This document shows positions 1-9,089 of a stretch of 64,000 bases of DNA, in pieces. A program made the position numbers and the translations under genes. The notes under the pieces are model-generated. The model saw only the letters and a list, made by a program, of their open reading frames with translations, did not search any database and was not told the DNA's origin. The stretch lies in the NCBI GenBank assembly GCA_965249105.1, contig OZ252219.1, positions 192,190-256,189 on the forward strand. The letters are read 5' to 3'. This DNA is from Vicinamibacterales bacterium (lineage in GTDB: Bacteria > Acidobacteriota > Vicinamibacteria > Vicinamibacterales > UBA8438). The stretch's first letter is position 1. Each line of letters opens with the position of its first letter.

Positions 1-273
1 GTAGACGGCAACCGCCAGCTTCTTCTTCGTACGCTCCTGCCCGATCACATACTGGTCCAAGAACTTCTTGACCTCTTGGGGGACCGGGAGGGCGGACCGC
101 AGACCGGCCTTGGTGTCCGACCGGTTGTCGTCGGCAATGATGTCGTTGCAGACATCAACGCACTCATCACAGATGAATACGGTTGGGCCCGCGATCAGCT
201 TGCGGACGTCGTTCTGATCCTTGTTACAGAACGAACACCGCAACACTTCGCCGTCGTTGTTCCTTTTTGCCAT
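1..273 (-). CDS. clpX: ClpX ATPase subunit of Clp protease, N-terminal 91 codons (gene runs off the window start)
   Basis: Own translation from ATG 273 downward: [46 protein letters not shown]...[21 protein letters not shown]. It has the CxxC..CxxC ClpX zinc-binding domain and sits in the canonical tig-clpP-clpX order. It is missing from the ORF track because it is open-ended. Confidence 0.92.
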   Translation of the reverse strand, partial: MAKRNNDGEVLRCSFCNKDQNDVRKLIAGPTVFICDECVDVCNDIIADDNRSDTKAGLRSALPVPQEVKKFLDQYVIGQERTKKKLAVAVY

Positions 274-291
274 ACGTCAGACCGATTCCCG

Positions 292-951
292 TTACGCGCG
301 CTGCGTGATCACGTCGTCAATAATACCGTATTCACGGCTCTGTTCCGCGCTCATGATGTAGTCGCGCTCTGTATCGTCCTGAATGCGTTCGAGCGTCTGC
401 CCGGTGTGTTCCGACAGGATTTCGTTCAGACGCGCGCGCATGCGCAGGATTTCCTTCGCGTGGATGTCAATATCGGTCGCCTGCCCCCCGAGTCCTGACA
501 TGAGTGGCTGGTGGATGATGATTCGAGAGTTGGGCAACGAGAACCGCTTGCCCTTGGCACCCGCGCCCAGCAGGACGGCGGCCATCGACGCCGCCTGACC
601 GATCGAGAAGGTCTGAACATCGGGTCGAATGAACTGCATCGTGTCATAGATGGCGAGCCCGGCCGAGATCGATCCGCCCGGGCTGTTGATATACAGCAGG
701 ATGTCCCGGTCGGCGTCTTCGGCCTCGAGGAACAGCATCTGCGCGATAACGAGGTTGGCCAGCGAGTCGTCGATCGGTGCGCCGACGAACACGATGCTGT
801 CCTTGAGCAGACGGGAATAGATGTCGTAGGCGCGCTCTCCGCGATTGGTCTGTTCGACCACCATCGGGATCAGTTGGTTCTGGGGTTCAGGCATGAAGCG
901 ATCACTCGTTCCTTCGATTGGTCTGGGTTGGTATTGTCGTTCGGATGTCAT
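292..951 (-). CDS. clpP: ATP-dependent Clp protease proteolytic subunit
   Basis: 219-aa ORF with ..[23 protein letters not shown].., GQAASMAA (active-site Ser) and IIIHQP (His). The alternative start ATG 894 ([16 protein letters not shown]..) is equally plausible. Confidence 0.93.
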   Translation of the reverse strand: MTSERQYQPRPIEGTSDRFMPEPQNQLIPMVVEQTNRGERAYDIYSRLLKDSIVFVGAPIDDSLANLVIAQMLFLEAEDADRDILLYINSPGGSISAGLAIYDTMQFIRPDVQTFSIGQAASMAAVLLGAGAKGKRFSLPNSRIIIHQPLMSGLGGQATDIDIHAKEILRMRARLNEILSEHTGQTLERIQDDTERDYIMSAEQSREYGIIDDVITQRA

Positions 952-965
952 CAGGGCGTCTCGCG

Positions 966-2270
966 TCAGGCTGTGACGACGGTGGCTTCGGACAGCACAA
1001 GGTCGATGGCCTTTTCACGCCTGAGCCCGGTTGCGAGCTGCTCGACGCCCCCTTCTTTCTCGAGCAGGGCCCGCGTGGCTGACGGAGTTCGACCACCCCG
1101 CTCGGCCTGACGGCCTATTTCCTGCTCAATTTCAGACGCCTCGACACTCAGTTGCTCCAGCTTGGCTATCTCGTCGAGGACGAGCGTGCTTCGCACGGTC
1201 GCGGTCGCCGACTCACGCTGTTCTTCGCGGAAGGCGTCCCAATCGATGTTCGCTTGTCGGGGGTCGACCTGTTGGGAGACCAGGTGGCCGATGAAGTGTT
1301 GCACCCGACGATCGAGCTCATGACCAATCAGGGCGTCCGGCACCTCGGTGTCGATCCGACCGGCGAGCTGCTTGAGAAGGTCGCTCCGCACCTCCGCGTC
1401 AGCCGCGTGCTCTGCCTGGTGCTGCAGATCCTCGCGTACCTTCGTCGTCAAGTCATCGAGCGAGTCGAACGAACCGAGGTCCTTGGCCAGGTCGTCGTCG
1501 AGTTCTGGGAGCACGCGCTGGCGGATACTCTTGACGGTGACGTCGTAGGCCACCTCGCTTCCGGCCAACGCCGAGTTCTCGTGGTCCGCCGGATAGCTCA
1601 GCGTGAAGTCGCGGCGGGTGTCTATCTCGAGCCCCACCAGTTGCTCGTCGAATCCAGGTGGGTTGGCGGTGTTTCCGATCTCGATGTTCACGTCTGCGTG
1701 ATGCTCGGGGTCGCCGAGCGTCGGATTGGGGTCCGACGCGGGAGCCCTGAGGAGACGCCGTTCCAGGTCAAGCGTGACCGTATCTCCCTCCGCGACAGTT
1801 CGACCCTCGACCGGTTCCAGACGGGCCGCGTGCTGCCTCACATCTTCGAGGGCCTTCGTCACCGTCTCGTCGGTGAGCTCCACTGGAGGGCGCCGCAGCG
1901 TCAGACCCCGATACTCGCCTGGGTCGACGGATGGGAGGGTCTCAAACTTCGCGGTGAAGGTCAGCGGTTGTCCTTCCTCGATATTGACGTCTCTGATCTC
2001 CGGCGTGACGATCGGAGCGACGTCCTCGTCCTTTAGTACCTTGTCGAGCACCTTCGGAATGAGGTCCTGTGCCACCTCATGCAGAATCTGATCGCGTAGA
2101 CGCTGTCGCACCAGCTTGACCGGTGCCTTGCCGGGACGAAATCCAGGGACCTTAACCGACCGCCGATACCGCTGCGACAGCCGTTCGATTTCGGAATCGA
2201 CCGTCATCGTCGGGATCTCGACGACCAGACTCTTCCGGGTTTCGCTGAGGTTCGTAAATTCCGCCTTCAT
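966..2270 (-). CDS. tig: Trigger factor
   Basis: 434-aa [23 protein letters not shown].. with the GFRPGKAP ribosome-binding signature. It lies immediately upstream of clpP. Confidence 0.93.
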   Translation of the reverse strand: MKAEFTNLSETRKSLVVEIPTMTVDSEIERLSQRYRRSVKVPGFRPGKAPVKLVRQRLRDQILHEVAQDLIPKVLDKVLKDEDVAPIVTPEIRDVNIEEGQPLTFTAKFETLPSVDPGEYRGLTLRRPPVELTDETVTKALEDVRQHAARLEPVEGRTVAEGDTVTLDLERRLLRAPASDPNPTLGDPEHHADVNIEIGNTANPPGFDEQLVGLEIDTRRDFTLSYPADHENSALAGSEVAYDVTVKSIRQRVLPELDDDLAKDLGSFDSLDDLTTKVREDLQHQAEHAADAEVRSDLLKQLAGRIDTEVPDALIGHELDRRVQHFIGHLVSQQVDPRQANIDWDAFREEQRESATATVRSTLVLDEIAKLEQLSVEASEIEQEIGRQAERGGRTPSATRALLEKEGGVEQLATGLRREKAIDLVLSEATVVTA

Positions 2271-2324
2271 AGTGTCTTATCGGTCGTCGGGATCAAAAAC
2301 ATGCGGATACGCGGCTCTCGAAGT

Positions 2325-2411
2325 TGGTGCGAAAGGGGGGACTCGAACCCCCATGACCTTTCGGCCACCGGATCCTAAATCCGGCGCGTCTGCCAGTTCC
2401 GCCACTTTCGC
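2325..2411 (-). tRNA. tRNA-Leu (anticodon TAG), class II with long variable arm, CCA encoded
   Basis: Reverse complement: GCGAAAGTGGCGGAACTGGCAGACGCGCCGGATTTAGGATCCGGTGGCCGAAAGGTCATGGGGGTTCGAGTCCCCCCTTTCGCACCA. The 7-bp acceptor pairs, the anticodon stem is CCGGA/TCCGG with loop TTTAGGA, and the T-loop is GGTTCGAGTCC. Confidence 0.9.
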
Positions 2412-2553
2412 GTCGGGCCCGGGATCGCGGTCCACGGGCCATGGTGCGAACGACCGGCACAGACACTAGCATACCCGGGTTCTGGCTCGTCAGACACACA
2501 CGGCGCGCGGTTCCTGGTACCATTGACACCGCGACCGATCGGGAAGCGTGCGC

Positions 2554-2579
2554 CCGCCACCGTGGGTTCACGGTGGCGG
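2554..2579 (+). promoter_or_regulatory. Perfect hairpin in the egtB leader
   Basis: CCGCCACCGTG-GGTT-CACGGTGGCGG (11-bp stem). It abuts the AAGGAAG Shine-Dalgarno and lies 15 nt before ATG 2594. No U-tract follows. Confidence 0.35.
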
Positions 2580-2593
2580 AAAGGAAGCCTCTC

Positions 2594-3970
2594 ATGCCTA
2601 CTCTGAGCACCGCCACCGAGAACGGGGGTGGGGCGCCCGCCGACCGCGGCGTCGTGGATCGACGCGCCGTCACCGATGCCTTTCTAGAGAACCGCGGTCG
2701 AAGCCAAGAGCTATTCGACGTACTCGACGACGGCGTCTATTACGAGCGTCCGATACCGTTGCGTCATCCGGTCGTCTTCTACGAAGGGCACATTCCGGCT
2801 TTTAGCGTGAACTGTTTTCTCAAGAAGGGGCTGGGACATCCGGGCATAGACCCGGAGCTCGAGACGTTGTTCGCACGCGGTATCGACCCCGGTGACCACG
2901 CCGCCGCCGCTCGGTCAGCCGTCGACTCCTGGCCCTCACGTGAAACCGTGAGGACCTACGTGAGAGAGGCCGACCGCGCCTTCCTGGACGCCCTTGAGAA
3001 TTCGCCGCTCGAAGGGGACGGCAATGCCGTGCTTCGTCGGGGGCAGGGCGTGTTTACGGCGCTCGAGCACGAAGTGATGCATCAGGAAACGCTCCTGTAC
3101 ATGTGGCATCGGTTTGCCCCCGATCGGAAGACCCGACCGACTGACGGGGGTCTCCAGGTCAACGGCCGCGTGCCGGCCCGCGTGATGGCCCGCGTGCCGG
3201 CCGGTACGGCGACGCTCGGCGCGAAGGTGGGCGAGATCCCGTTCGGTTGGGACAACGAGTTTCCCGGGCAGGTCGCGGAGGTGGCCGCGTTCGACATCGA
3301 CGAGCACGATGTCACCAACGAGAACTTCCTTGAGTTTGTCGAGTCAGGGGGCTATACCCGCGAAGACCTCTGGTCGCCGCAGGCGTGGAAGCGCCAAGTG
3401 TCGGCGGGACGTGAGCACCCGCTGTTTTGGGAACGTCGAGATGGCCGCTGGCAGTGGTTTGGAATGTTCGAGCGCGTCGATCTCCCGATGGCCTGGCCAG
3501 TGTTCGTGACTCATGATGAAGCGGCCGCCTATGCGCGATGGAAGGAACGGCGCCTCCCGACAGAGGCTGAGTTCCACCGTGCGGCCTACGGCACGCCCGA
3601 GGGTCCCGAGCGGCTCCAGCCGTGGGGTGACGGCACGCCGGATGCGACCCGGGGCAATTTCGGTTTCCAGCACTGGGACCCTGTGCCGGTCGGTTCTTAT
3701 CCCGCCGGCGTCAGCGCCTGGGGGGTGCACGACCTCGTCGGCAACGGGTGGGAGTGGACGTCGTCGGTCTTCAACGGTTTTCAAGGCTTCGAGCCGATGG
3801 CGTCGTATCCTGAGTACTCGCAGGACTTTTTTGACGACGACCATTTCGTGGTCAAAGGGGCGTCTCCCGCCACGGGCCGCGGTCTGGTGAGACGCAGTTT
3901 TCGAAACTGGTTCCGACCACAGTATCCCTATATGTACGCGACGTTCCGTTGCGCGCGGGACGCACAGTAG
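2594..3970 (+). CDS. egtB: Ergothioneine biosynthesis sulfoxide synthase EgtB (DinB-like N-domain plus FGE/SUMF1-like C-domain)
   Basis: Track ORF 2441-3970. I prefer ATG 2594 (MPTLSTATENGG..), which has a Shine-Dalgarno. Motifs: ..RHPVVFYEGHIPAF.., C-terminal ..WGVHDLVGNGWEWTSS..FRCARD. Directly followed by egtD. Confidence 0.85.
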   Translation: MPTLSTATENGGGAPADRGVVDRRAVTDAFLENRGRSQELFDVLDDGVYYERPIPLRHPVVFYEGHIPAFSVNCFLKKGLGHPGIDPELETLFARGIDPGDHAAAARSAVDSWPSRETVRTYVREADRAFLDALENSPLEGDGNAVLRRGQGVFTALEHEVMHQETLLYMWHRFAPDRKTRPTDGGLQVNGRVPARVMARVPAGTATLGAKVGEIPFGWDNEFPGQVAEVAAFDIDEHDVTNENFLEFVESGGYTREDLWSPQAWKRQVSAGREHPLFWERRDGRWQWFGMFERVDLPMAWPVFVTHDEAAAYARWKERRLPTEAEFHRAAYGTPEGPERLQPWGDGTPDATRGNFGFQHWDPVPVGSYPAGVSAWGVHDLVGNGWEWTSSVFNGFQGFEPMASYPEYSQDFFDDDHFVVKGASPATGRGLVRRSFRNWFRPQYPYMYATFRCARDAQ

Positions 3971-4948
3971 ATGGCCTCCGTTCTTGAACCGGACGTCACC
4001 GTGGCGTTGGCGAAGGACGTCGCACGTGGCTTGGCCAGCGACCCAAAGCGAATCCCGTCGCGGTATCTCTATGACGCCCTGGGCACTCAGCTCTTCGAGG
4101 CCATTTGCGAGCTTCCCTGGTATACGGTCACCCGGAGCGAGCGAGCGCTGCTGGCTCGGCACGCCAAAACGATCCTTGCCGACCTCGAGGGCGCGCCAAC
4201 CCTCATCGAGTTGGGTGCCGGCAACGGTGAGAAGCTATCGCTGTTGCTGGAGTCTTCCCGACGGGCTGGTCCGGCCACGGTGCATCTGATCGACATCTCG
4301 TCGACTGCCCTCGAGCTGTCCGAGCGAACGCTGGCCCGGCACACAGGTCTGACCGTCGTGTCGCACGAGGCGCCGTATGAAGCCGGTCTCCAGATGGTGT
4401 TCGACCAGTTTAATGGCAGTGGACCGGCTATCGTGCTGTTTCTTGGTTCCAACATCGGGAACATGGGACCTGCGGAATCCGACCGGTTTCTCTCGGCAAT
4501 CCGGCGCTGTTGTCGACCGGGTGACCGTCTGCTGATCGGGGCCGACCTCGTCAAGCCAGAGGCCGATCTGACTCTGGCGTACGACGACCCACTCGGCGTT
4601 TCCGCTGCCTTCAACCGGAATCTGCTCGTCCGATTGAATCGCGAGCTCGATGGCGATTTCGATGTCGAGGCCTTTGCCCACCACGTTGTATGGAATCCAG
4701 AGGCCTCCCGGGTCGAATCGTATCTGGTGAGCCTCAAGGAGCAGCTGGTCTGCCTGCGAGGGGCCGGCTGCTGTATCCAGCTGGCTGAGGGTGAGTCGAT
4801 CTGGACGGAAAGCTCCTACAAGTACGACCCGGCCGGGCTTGTCGATATGGCTGCCCGCGCGTCGTTCTCGCTCCTGGACCAGTGGGTCGAAGCCGACTCA
4901 CGGTTTTCACTCACGTTGCTCGAGGCCGTCCCGACCGTCCCGCGATGA
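3971..4948 (+). CDS. egtD: L-histidine N-alpha-methyltransferase EgtD
   Basis: 325 aa with ..IPSRYLYDALGTQLFEAICELPWYTVTRSERALL.. and LIELGAGNGEK (SAM motif). It starts 1 nt after the egtB stop. Confidence 0.88.
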   Translation: MASVLEPDVTVALAKDVARGLASDPKRIPSRYLYDALGTQLFEAICELPWYTVTRSERALLARHAKTILADLEGAPTLIELGAGNGEKLSLLLESSRRAGPATVHLIDISSTALELSERTLARHTGLTVVSHEAPYEAGLQMVFDQFNGSGPAIVLFLGSNIGNMGPAESDRFLSAIRRCCRPGDRLLIGADLVKPEADLTLAYDDPLGVSAAFNRNLLVRLNRELDGDFDVEAFAHHVVWNPEASRVESYLVSLKEQLVCLRGAGCCIQLAEGESIWTESSYKYDPAGLVDMAARASFSLLDQWVEADSRFSLTLLEAVPTVPR

Positions 4949-6045
4949 CGACTGGCAGCAAATCGCCCACCTTGGCTGGATCGCAATTCCTTATCGCGGC
5001 GGCCAGCATCGTGATCGTGGTGGCTGGCCTCCGCGAGGCGTCACAACTCGTACTCCCGTTCCTGGTGGCCGTCTTTCTGGCGGTGGTCAGCGTGCCGCTC
5101 ATGCGGTGGTTGCAACGTCTCGGCCTCCCGCTGCCGCTGGCGGGGGTGAGCACAGTCCTGGCCGCAGTCGGTGTGATCGGTCTGCTGGTGATGCTGATCG
5201 GGAGTTCGGTCAACGAGTTCTCCGTGGCCGCACCCTTCTATCAGGCTCGGTTGCAGTCGTTGATGGAATCGACGCTGGCGCTGCTCGAAGGATTCGGTGT
5301 GCCGGTCACCGGGGCCGCGTCTCTCGACCTGCTCCCGGTAGGACTCTTCGACGTCCTCGGTGGGTTCCTGGGAGCGGTGACGTTGTTCGTCTCAAACACC
5401 TTTCTCGTGCTGTTGACGGTGATCTTCATCCTCATGGAGGCGGCCGGTTTCAGCGGCAAGCTGCGGCGAGCGTTCGGCGAGGCCACCGACCTCGGACAGT
5501 TCGAGCGGATGACTCAACAGGTGCAGAAGTACCTCGTCATCAAGACGGCGATCAGCGCGATCACGGGAACGGTCGTCGGGCTGTGGGCGGCCGTGATGGG
5601 GCTGGACTTCGCGCTCTTGTGGGGTGTGACGGCATTTCTTTTCAACTTCATCCCGAACCTCGGCTCCATCATTGCCGCGGTGCCGGCCGTGTTGCTCGCG
5701 GTCGTTCAGTTCGGTCCCGGTCGAGCCGCCGTCATTGCCGTCGGCTACCTGGTGATCAACATCGGGTTCGGCAGCTTCGTCGAGCCGATGCTGCTGGGGC
5801 GCCGTCTCGGGCTCTCGACGCTGGTCGTATTCGTGTCCCTCGTGTTTTGGGGGTGGGTCTGGGGGCCGGTCGGGATGCTGTTCTCGGTGCCGCTGACGAT
5901 GACGATCAAGATCGCGCTCGAGAACACCGAGGACTTCCGGTGGATGGCCGTCATGCTCGACGCCAATCCGTCGGGCCGTCGCCGCGCGCCGCCAGCCGCT
6001 GACGCACCGGTGGCCGCCGACACGTCGGTCAGCGGTTCCGCCTGA
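4945..6045 (+). CDS. AI-2E (PerM/YhhT) family transporter
   Basis: Track ORF 4882-6045. The ATG at 4945 overlaps the egtD stop (ATGA). Multi-TM protein with ..FLFNFIPNLGSIIAAVPAVLLA.., typical of the AI-2E family. Confidence 0.8.
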   Translation: MTTGSKSPTLAGSQFLIAAASIVIVVAGLREASQLVLPFLVAVFLAVVSVPLMRWLQRLGLPLPLAGVSTVLAAVGVIGLLVMLIGSSVNEFSVAAPFYQARLQSLMESTLALLEGFGVPVTGAASLDLLPVGLFDVLGGFLGAVTLFVSNTFLVLLTVIFILMEAAGFSGKLRRAFGEATDLGQFERMTQQVQKYLVIKTAISAITGTVVGLWAAVMGLDFALLWGVTAFLFNFIPNLGSIIAAVPAVLLAVVQFGPGRAAVIAVGYLVINIGFGSFVEPMLLGRRLGLSTLVVFVSLVFWGWVWGPVGMLFSVPLTMTIKIALENTEDFRWMAVMLDANPSGRRRAPPAADAPVAADTSVSGSA

Positions 6046-6568
6046 GCCGTTTCAGCGTCTCCAGGTGCTCCTTGTAGGTCATCCGAGCCGCGACGAAATC
6101 GTCGTGAGACAGCCCCAACTCCTTGGCGATCTGTCCGGCCTGACCCTCCTCGAGCACGGTGATCGAGTCGTCGGCCGCCGAGACGGCGAAGACACAATCG
6201 AGCAGCTCGACACACTGCTCGGGAGTGGCCATGTCCTTGAACCGCCGCACGACGAGAAAGTTCTCCGTGGAGCCAAAGAGCTTCACCTGGTTCTTCGCGA
6301 TCTCCACGACGAGGACGGCTTGGGCCTCGGTGAGATGCCCCAGGCCATGAACGATCTCGTGCATCTTCTCTGTTTCGGCGTCGCTGAAGTGTGAGTCGGC
6401 GTGGGCCACCCGGCCGAGGACATAGGCGAAAGCGGCCAGATACCGTGCGCGGTCCTCATCCATCTCGTCGAGCTCGGCGATGATTCGCCGCATGGTCTGG
6501 GTGTCTCCGTCGGTTGCCGGGGCCGGTGACACCTCGCCGGTCAGCCCTAGCAGTTTCATCAATGACAT
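6029..6568 (-). CDS. TerB-like (tellurite-resistance TerB fold) protein
   Basis: Start ATG 6568 (MSLMKLLG..) with a GAGGTG Shine-Dalgarno. Segments ..RARYLAAFAYVLGRVAHADSHFSDAETEKM.. and ..LDCVFAVSAADDSITVLEEGQAGQIAKELG.. resemble TerB/DUF533-type helices. The family call is by eye. Confidence 0.6.
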   Translation of the reverse strand: MSLMKLLGLTGEVSPAPATDGDTQTMRRIIAELDEMDEDRARYLAAFAYVLGRVAHADSHFSDAETEKMHEIVHGLGHLTEAQAVLVVEIAKNQVKLFGSTENFLVVRRFKDMATPEQCVELLDCVFAVSAADDSITVLEEGQAGQIAKELGLSHDDFVAARMTYKEHLETLKRLRRNR

Positions 6569-6593
6569 GTGCACCTCATCGTCGCGCGGCTCT

Positions 6594-8129
6594 CTACCGA
6601 TTACTCCCGCGCGAGGAAAGTTCGCGGACGAATCGCTCGGCAACGGCGGCTGGCAGCTCCCCGTCTTCGTCGACTGCCAAATTCAGCTCGCGCATCAGAT
6701 CGACGGTGATGCGATTGTCGAGGGCCGCCACCGCCGCGGTCACCAGTGGCTCGTCCTCGGAGAGCCGTCGGCTCGCAAGCACGACCGCATCATAGGGTGG
6801 GATCGCGCCGAGGTCGTCTTCGAGCACCATCAGATCATACGCGCGGATCCGTCCATCGGACGAGAAGGCGCTGATGACATCGACGTCTTCCTGCGCGGCG
6901 GCCTGATACATCAGCGTTGAATCCATCGTGCGAAGCTCGGCAAACTCAAGGGCGTAGCCGCGTCGAATCGACTGCCACTCGGGCCTGGCAAAGAACTCGT
7001 AGTCGCCTCCCAGCACCCAGCGCGCTGCATGCGGTCTGAGGTCGCCGATACGGCTCAAACCGAGCCGGCGGGCATCCTCCCGGCGCACAGCCAGGGCATA
7101 CGCGTTCTCGAATCCGAGACGTGCCACCAGGGTCATCCCGTGTTGCTCGGTGAGAAACTGTTCCACGCCGTCGAGAACCTGCGCCCTCGACGCGGACTCG
7201 GCGCCCCTGTTCATCTCGTTGGCCCACAGCGTGCCTGAGTACTCGACGTACAGGTCGACGTCACCGGCGTCCAGGGCATCGAACGCAACCATGGAGCCGA
7301 GAGACTGCATGAGCGTCGTCGAGCGACCCGTTTCCTGCTCGATCCATTGGGCCAGAATGGCGCTCAGGATGTATTGCTCCGTGAAGGTCTTGGCGCCGAT
7401 CACGACAGGGCGTTCGCGGTCAGTCAGATGTGGGGTGGCCAGCGTAAGCGCTGTGAAAAGATACAGGATGGCACCAAGTCCCCCGGCGATTGCCACGACA
7501 GCTTTCCGGCGGTTGCGGACACCGGTCTCCACCGCCAGGACCAGACCGTCGAGAACCAGCGCCAGACCGGCCGCGGCAACGCAACCGACCATCACCGCCG
7601 TGTAGTTTCGGGTCTGGAGCCCGCTAAAGATGTAGTTCCCCAGGCTCGTTGCGCCAACCGGCGTCGACAGCGTGGCGACGCCGACAATCCACACCGTGGC
7701 CGTCCGCAGACCGGCCACGATGACGGGCATCGCGAGGGGGAGTTCGACCCGGCCCAGTTGCTGCCACGTCGTCATGCCGACGCCCCGGGCTGCCTCTTTG
7801 AGCGCGACATCCACACCGGCGATACCGGTCACCGTGTTGCGCAGAACGGGCAGAATGCCGTACAGCGTCAGGCCGATGATCGCCGGCAGGAAACCGATGC
7901 TGGGTAGGTCGAACCCGGCCAGGATGGGCACCATGATCGCGAGCAGCGCGAGACTCGGGACCGTCTGAATGACGCCGGCGACGCCCAGCGCCGGCTGTTC
8001 GAGCCATGGCGTCCGGCTGATGATGACACCAAGGGGCAGGCTGATAGCCGTGCTCAGCAGGAGTGCGACCAGCGTCAGCTGGACATGCGCGGTCAGGTAT
8101 TCCGGGAGCAGAGCCAGCTGATCAGCCAT
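6594..8129 (-). CDS. ABC transporter, fused permease plus OpuAC/betaine-type substrate-binding domain
   Basis: 511 aa. The N-terminal ~210 aa are a permease (..EAARGVGMTTWQQLGRVELPLAMPVIVAGLRTA..). The C-terminal ~290 aa are a periplasmic-binding fold (..VVIGAKTFTEQYILSAILAQ..YVEYSGTLW..). It overlaps the ATPase gene by 8 nt. Confidence 0.85.
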   Translation of the reverse strand: MADQLALLPEYLTAHVQLTLVALLLSTAISLPLGVIISRTPWLEQPALGVAGVIQTVPSLALLAIMVPILAGFDLPSIGFLPAIIGLTLYGILPVLRNTVTGIAGVDVALKEAARGVGMTTWQQLGRVELPLAMPVIVAGLRTATVWIVGVATLSTPVGATSLGNYIFSGLQTRNYTAVMVGCVAAAGLALVLDGLVLAVETGVRNRRKAVVAIAGGLGAILYLFTALTLATPHLTDRERPVVIGAKTFTEQYILSAILAQWIEQETGRSTTLMQSLGSMVAFDALDAGDVDLYVEYSGTLWANEMNRGAESASRAQVLDGVEQFLTEQHGMTLVARLGFENAYALAVRREDARRLGLSRIGDLRPHAARWVLGGDYEFFARPEWQSIRRGYALEFAELRTMDSTLMYQAAAQEDVDVISAFSSDGRIRAYDLMVLEDDLGAIPPYDAVVLASRRLSEDEPLVTAAVAALDNRITVDLMRELNLAVDEDGELPAAVAERFVRELSSRGSNR

Positions 8130-8892
8130 CGGTTACGTCCGCTGCCATCAACTCGTCCACGACCTCGGCCTGGCGACGTGGGGTGCTCATCAGGTCGCGG
8201 ACGTAATCGTCGGCTGGATTGGTCATCAGCTCCCTGGGTGTGCCGACCTGGACGAGTCGCCCCTCGTTGAGCACCGCGATCCGGTCACCCAGCATCAGCG
8301 CCTCGACCATGTCGTGGGTCACGAAGACGGTCGTCAGCGCCAGCTCGCACCGGATACGCATGAACGACTCCTGGAGGCGCCGCCGGGTGAGAGGGTCGAG
8401 AGCACCAAAGGGCTCGTCGAGGAGGAGAATGGAAGGACCGGCCGCCAGTGCCCGCGCGACGCCCACCCTTTGCTGTTGGCCGCCTGAGAGCTCATCGGGT
8501 CTCCGCTCACCGAGGGACGGGTCGAGCTCGACCAGCGTCAAGAGCTCGCCGACCCGCCTACGGACACGGTCAGCGTCCCAGCCCAGGAGCGACGGCGTCA
8601 CGGCGACGTTCTCCGCCACCGTCATGTGAGGAAACAATCCCACCTGTTGGAAGGCGTACCCGATCCGTCGGCGGAGCTCGTGGGGGGCGACCGTGGAGGT
8701 GTCTGTCCCGTCGACCAGGACCGACCCGCCGGTGGGCTCGATTAGGCGGTTGATGATCTTGAGGGTCGTCGTCTTGCCGCTGCCCGACCCGCCGAGCAGC
8801 ACCACCAGCTCGCCGGGGGCGACTGAAAGCGACAGTCCGTCGACCACCGCGACATCACGGTAGCGCTTGGTAATGGAGCGCAGCTCGATCAT
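8122..8892 (-). CDS. ABC transporter ATP-binding protein (osmoprotectant/betaine-type)
   Basis: Walker A GGSGSGKTT, signature LSGGQQQRV, Walker B ILLLDEP, H-loop VTHD. Confidence 0.9.
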   Translation of the reverse strand: MIELRSITKRYRDVAVVDGLSLSVAPGELVVLLGGSGSGKTTTLKIINRLIEPTGGSVLVDGTDTSTVAPHELRRRIGYAFQQVGLFPHMTVAENVAVTPSLLGWDADRVRRRVGELLTLVELDPSLGERRPDELSGGQQQRVGVARALAAGPSILLLDEPFGALDPLTRRRLQESFMRIRCELALTTVFVTHDMVEALMLGDRIAVLNEGRLVQVGTPRELMTNPADDYVRDLMSTPRRQAEVVDELMAADVTDG

Positions 8893-9009
8893 GGGAGGAC
8901 GCTATCGGGTCTGAACACGATACACCCCAGATCGACCACCACTCAATACGGCGCGGAGGCCACGACTCGCCGTGAGCCCTTTTCCTGGCGTTCCACACAC
9001 TCCTCATTA

Positions 9010-9060
9010 GGGAACGGCATTGGGGAACAGGGAACAGCATTGGGGAACAGCAGGGAACAG
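9010..9060. repeat. Tandem 20-bp repeat / five GGGAAC(A/G)G cores in a divergent promoter region
   Basis: GGAACGGCATTGGGGAACAG (9011-9030) and GGAACAGCATTGGGGAACAG (9031-9050) differ by 1 mismatch, followed by CAGGGAACAG. They lie between the minus-strand start at 8892 and the plus-strand start at 9090. Confidence 0.7.
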
Positions 9061-9089
9061 CGCGGCATAGGGCCGTAGGAGGTGTATCC

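Noticed and set aside
2441-2593. Upstream extension of egtB (509-aa track ORF starting at 2441)
   Set aside because: The extension overlaps the hairpin and leader, is Arg/Thr-rich with no EgtB similarity, and has no Shine-Dalgarno. ATG 2594 has AAGGAAG at the proper spacing.
4791-6002. 403-aa plus-strand ORF, and similar long ORFs such as 1152-2036 (+), 17654-18652 (-), 61239-62072 (-), 62548-63498 (+), 35562-36539 (+) and 38618-39475 (-)
   Set aside because: They lie in alternative frames or antisense to genes with clear family signatures. Their translations are Arg/Gly/Pro/Ala-rich low-complexity sequence, as expected for open frames in high-GC DNA.
9010-9060. CRISPR array
   Set aside because: There are only two 20-bp units plus short cores, directly abutting with no spacers. 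No cas genes are in the window.
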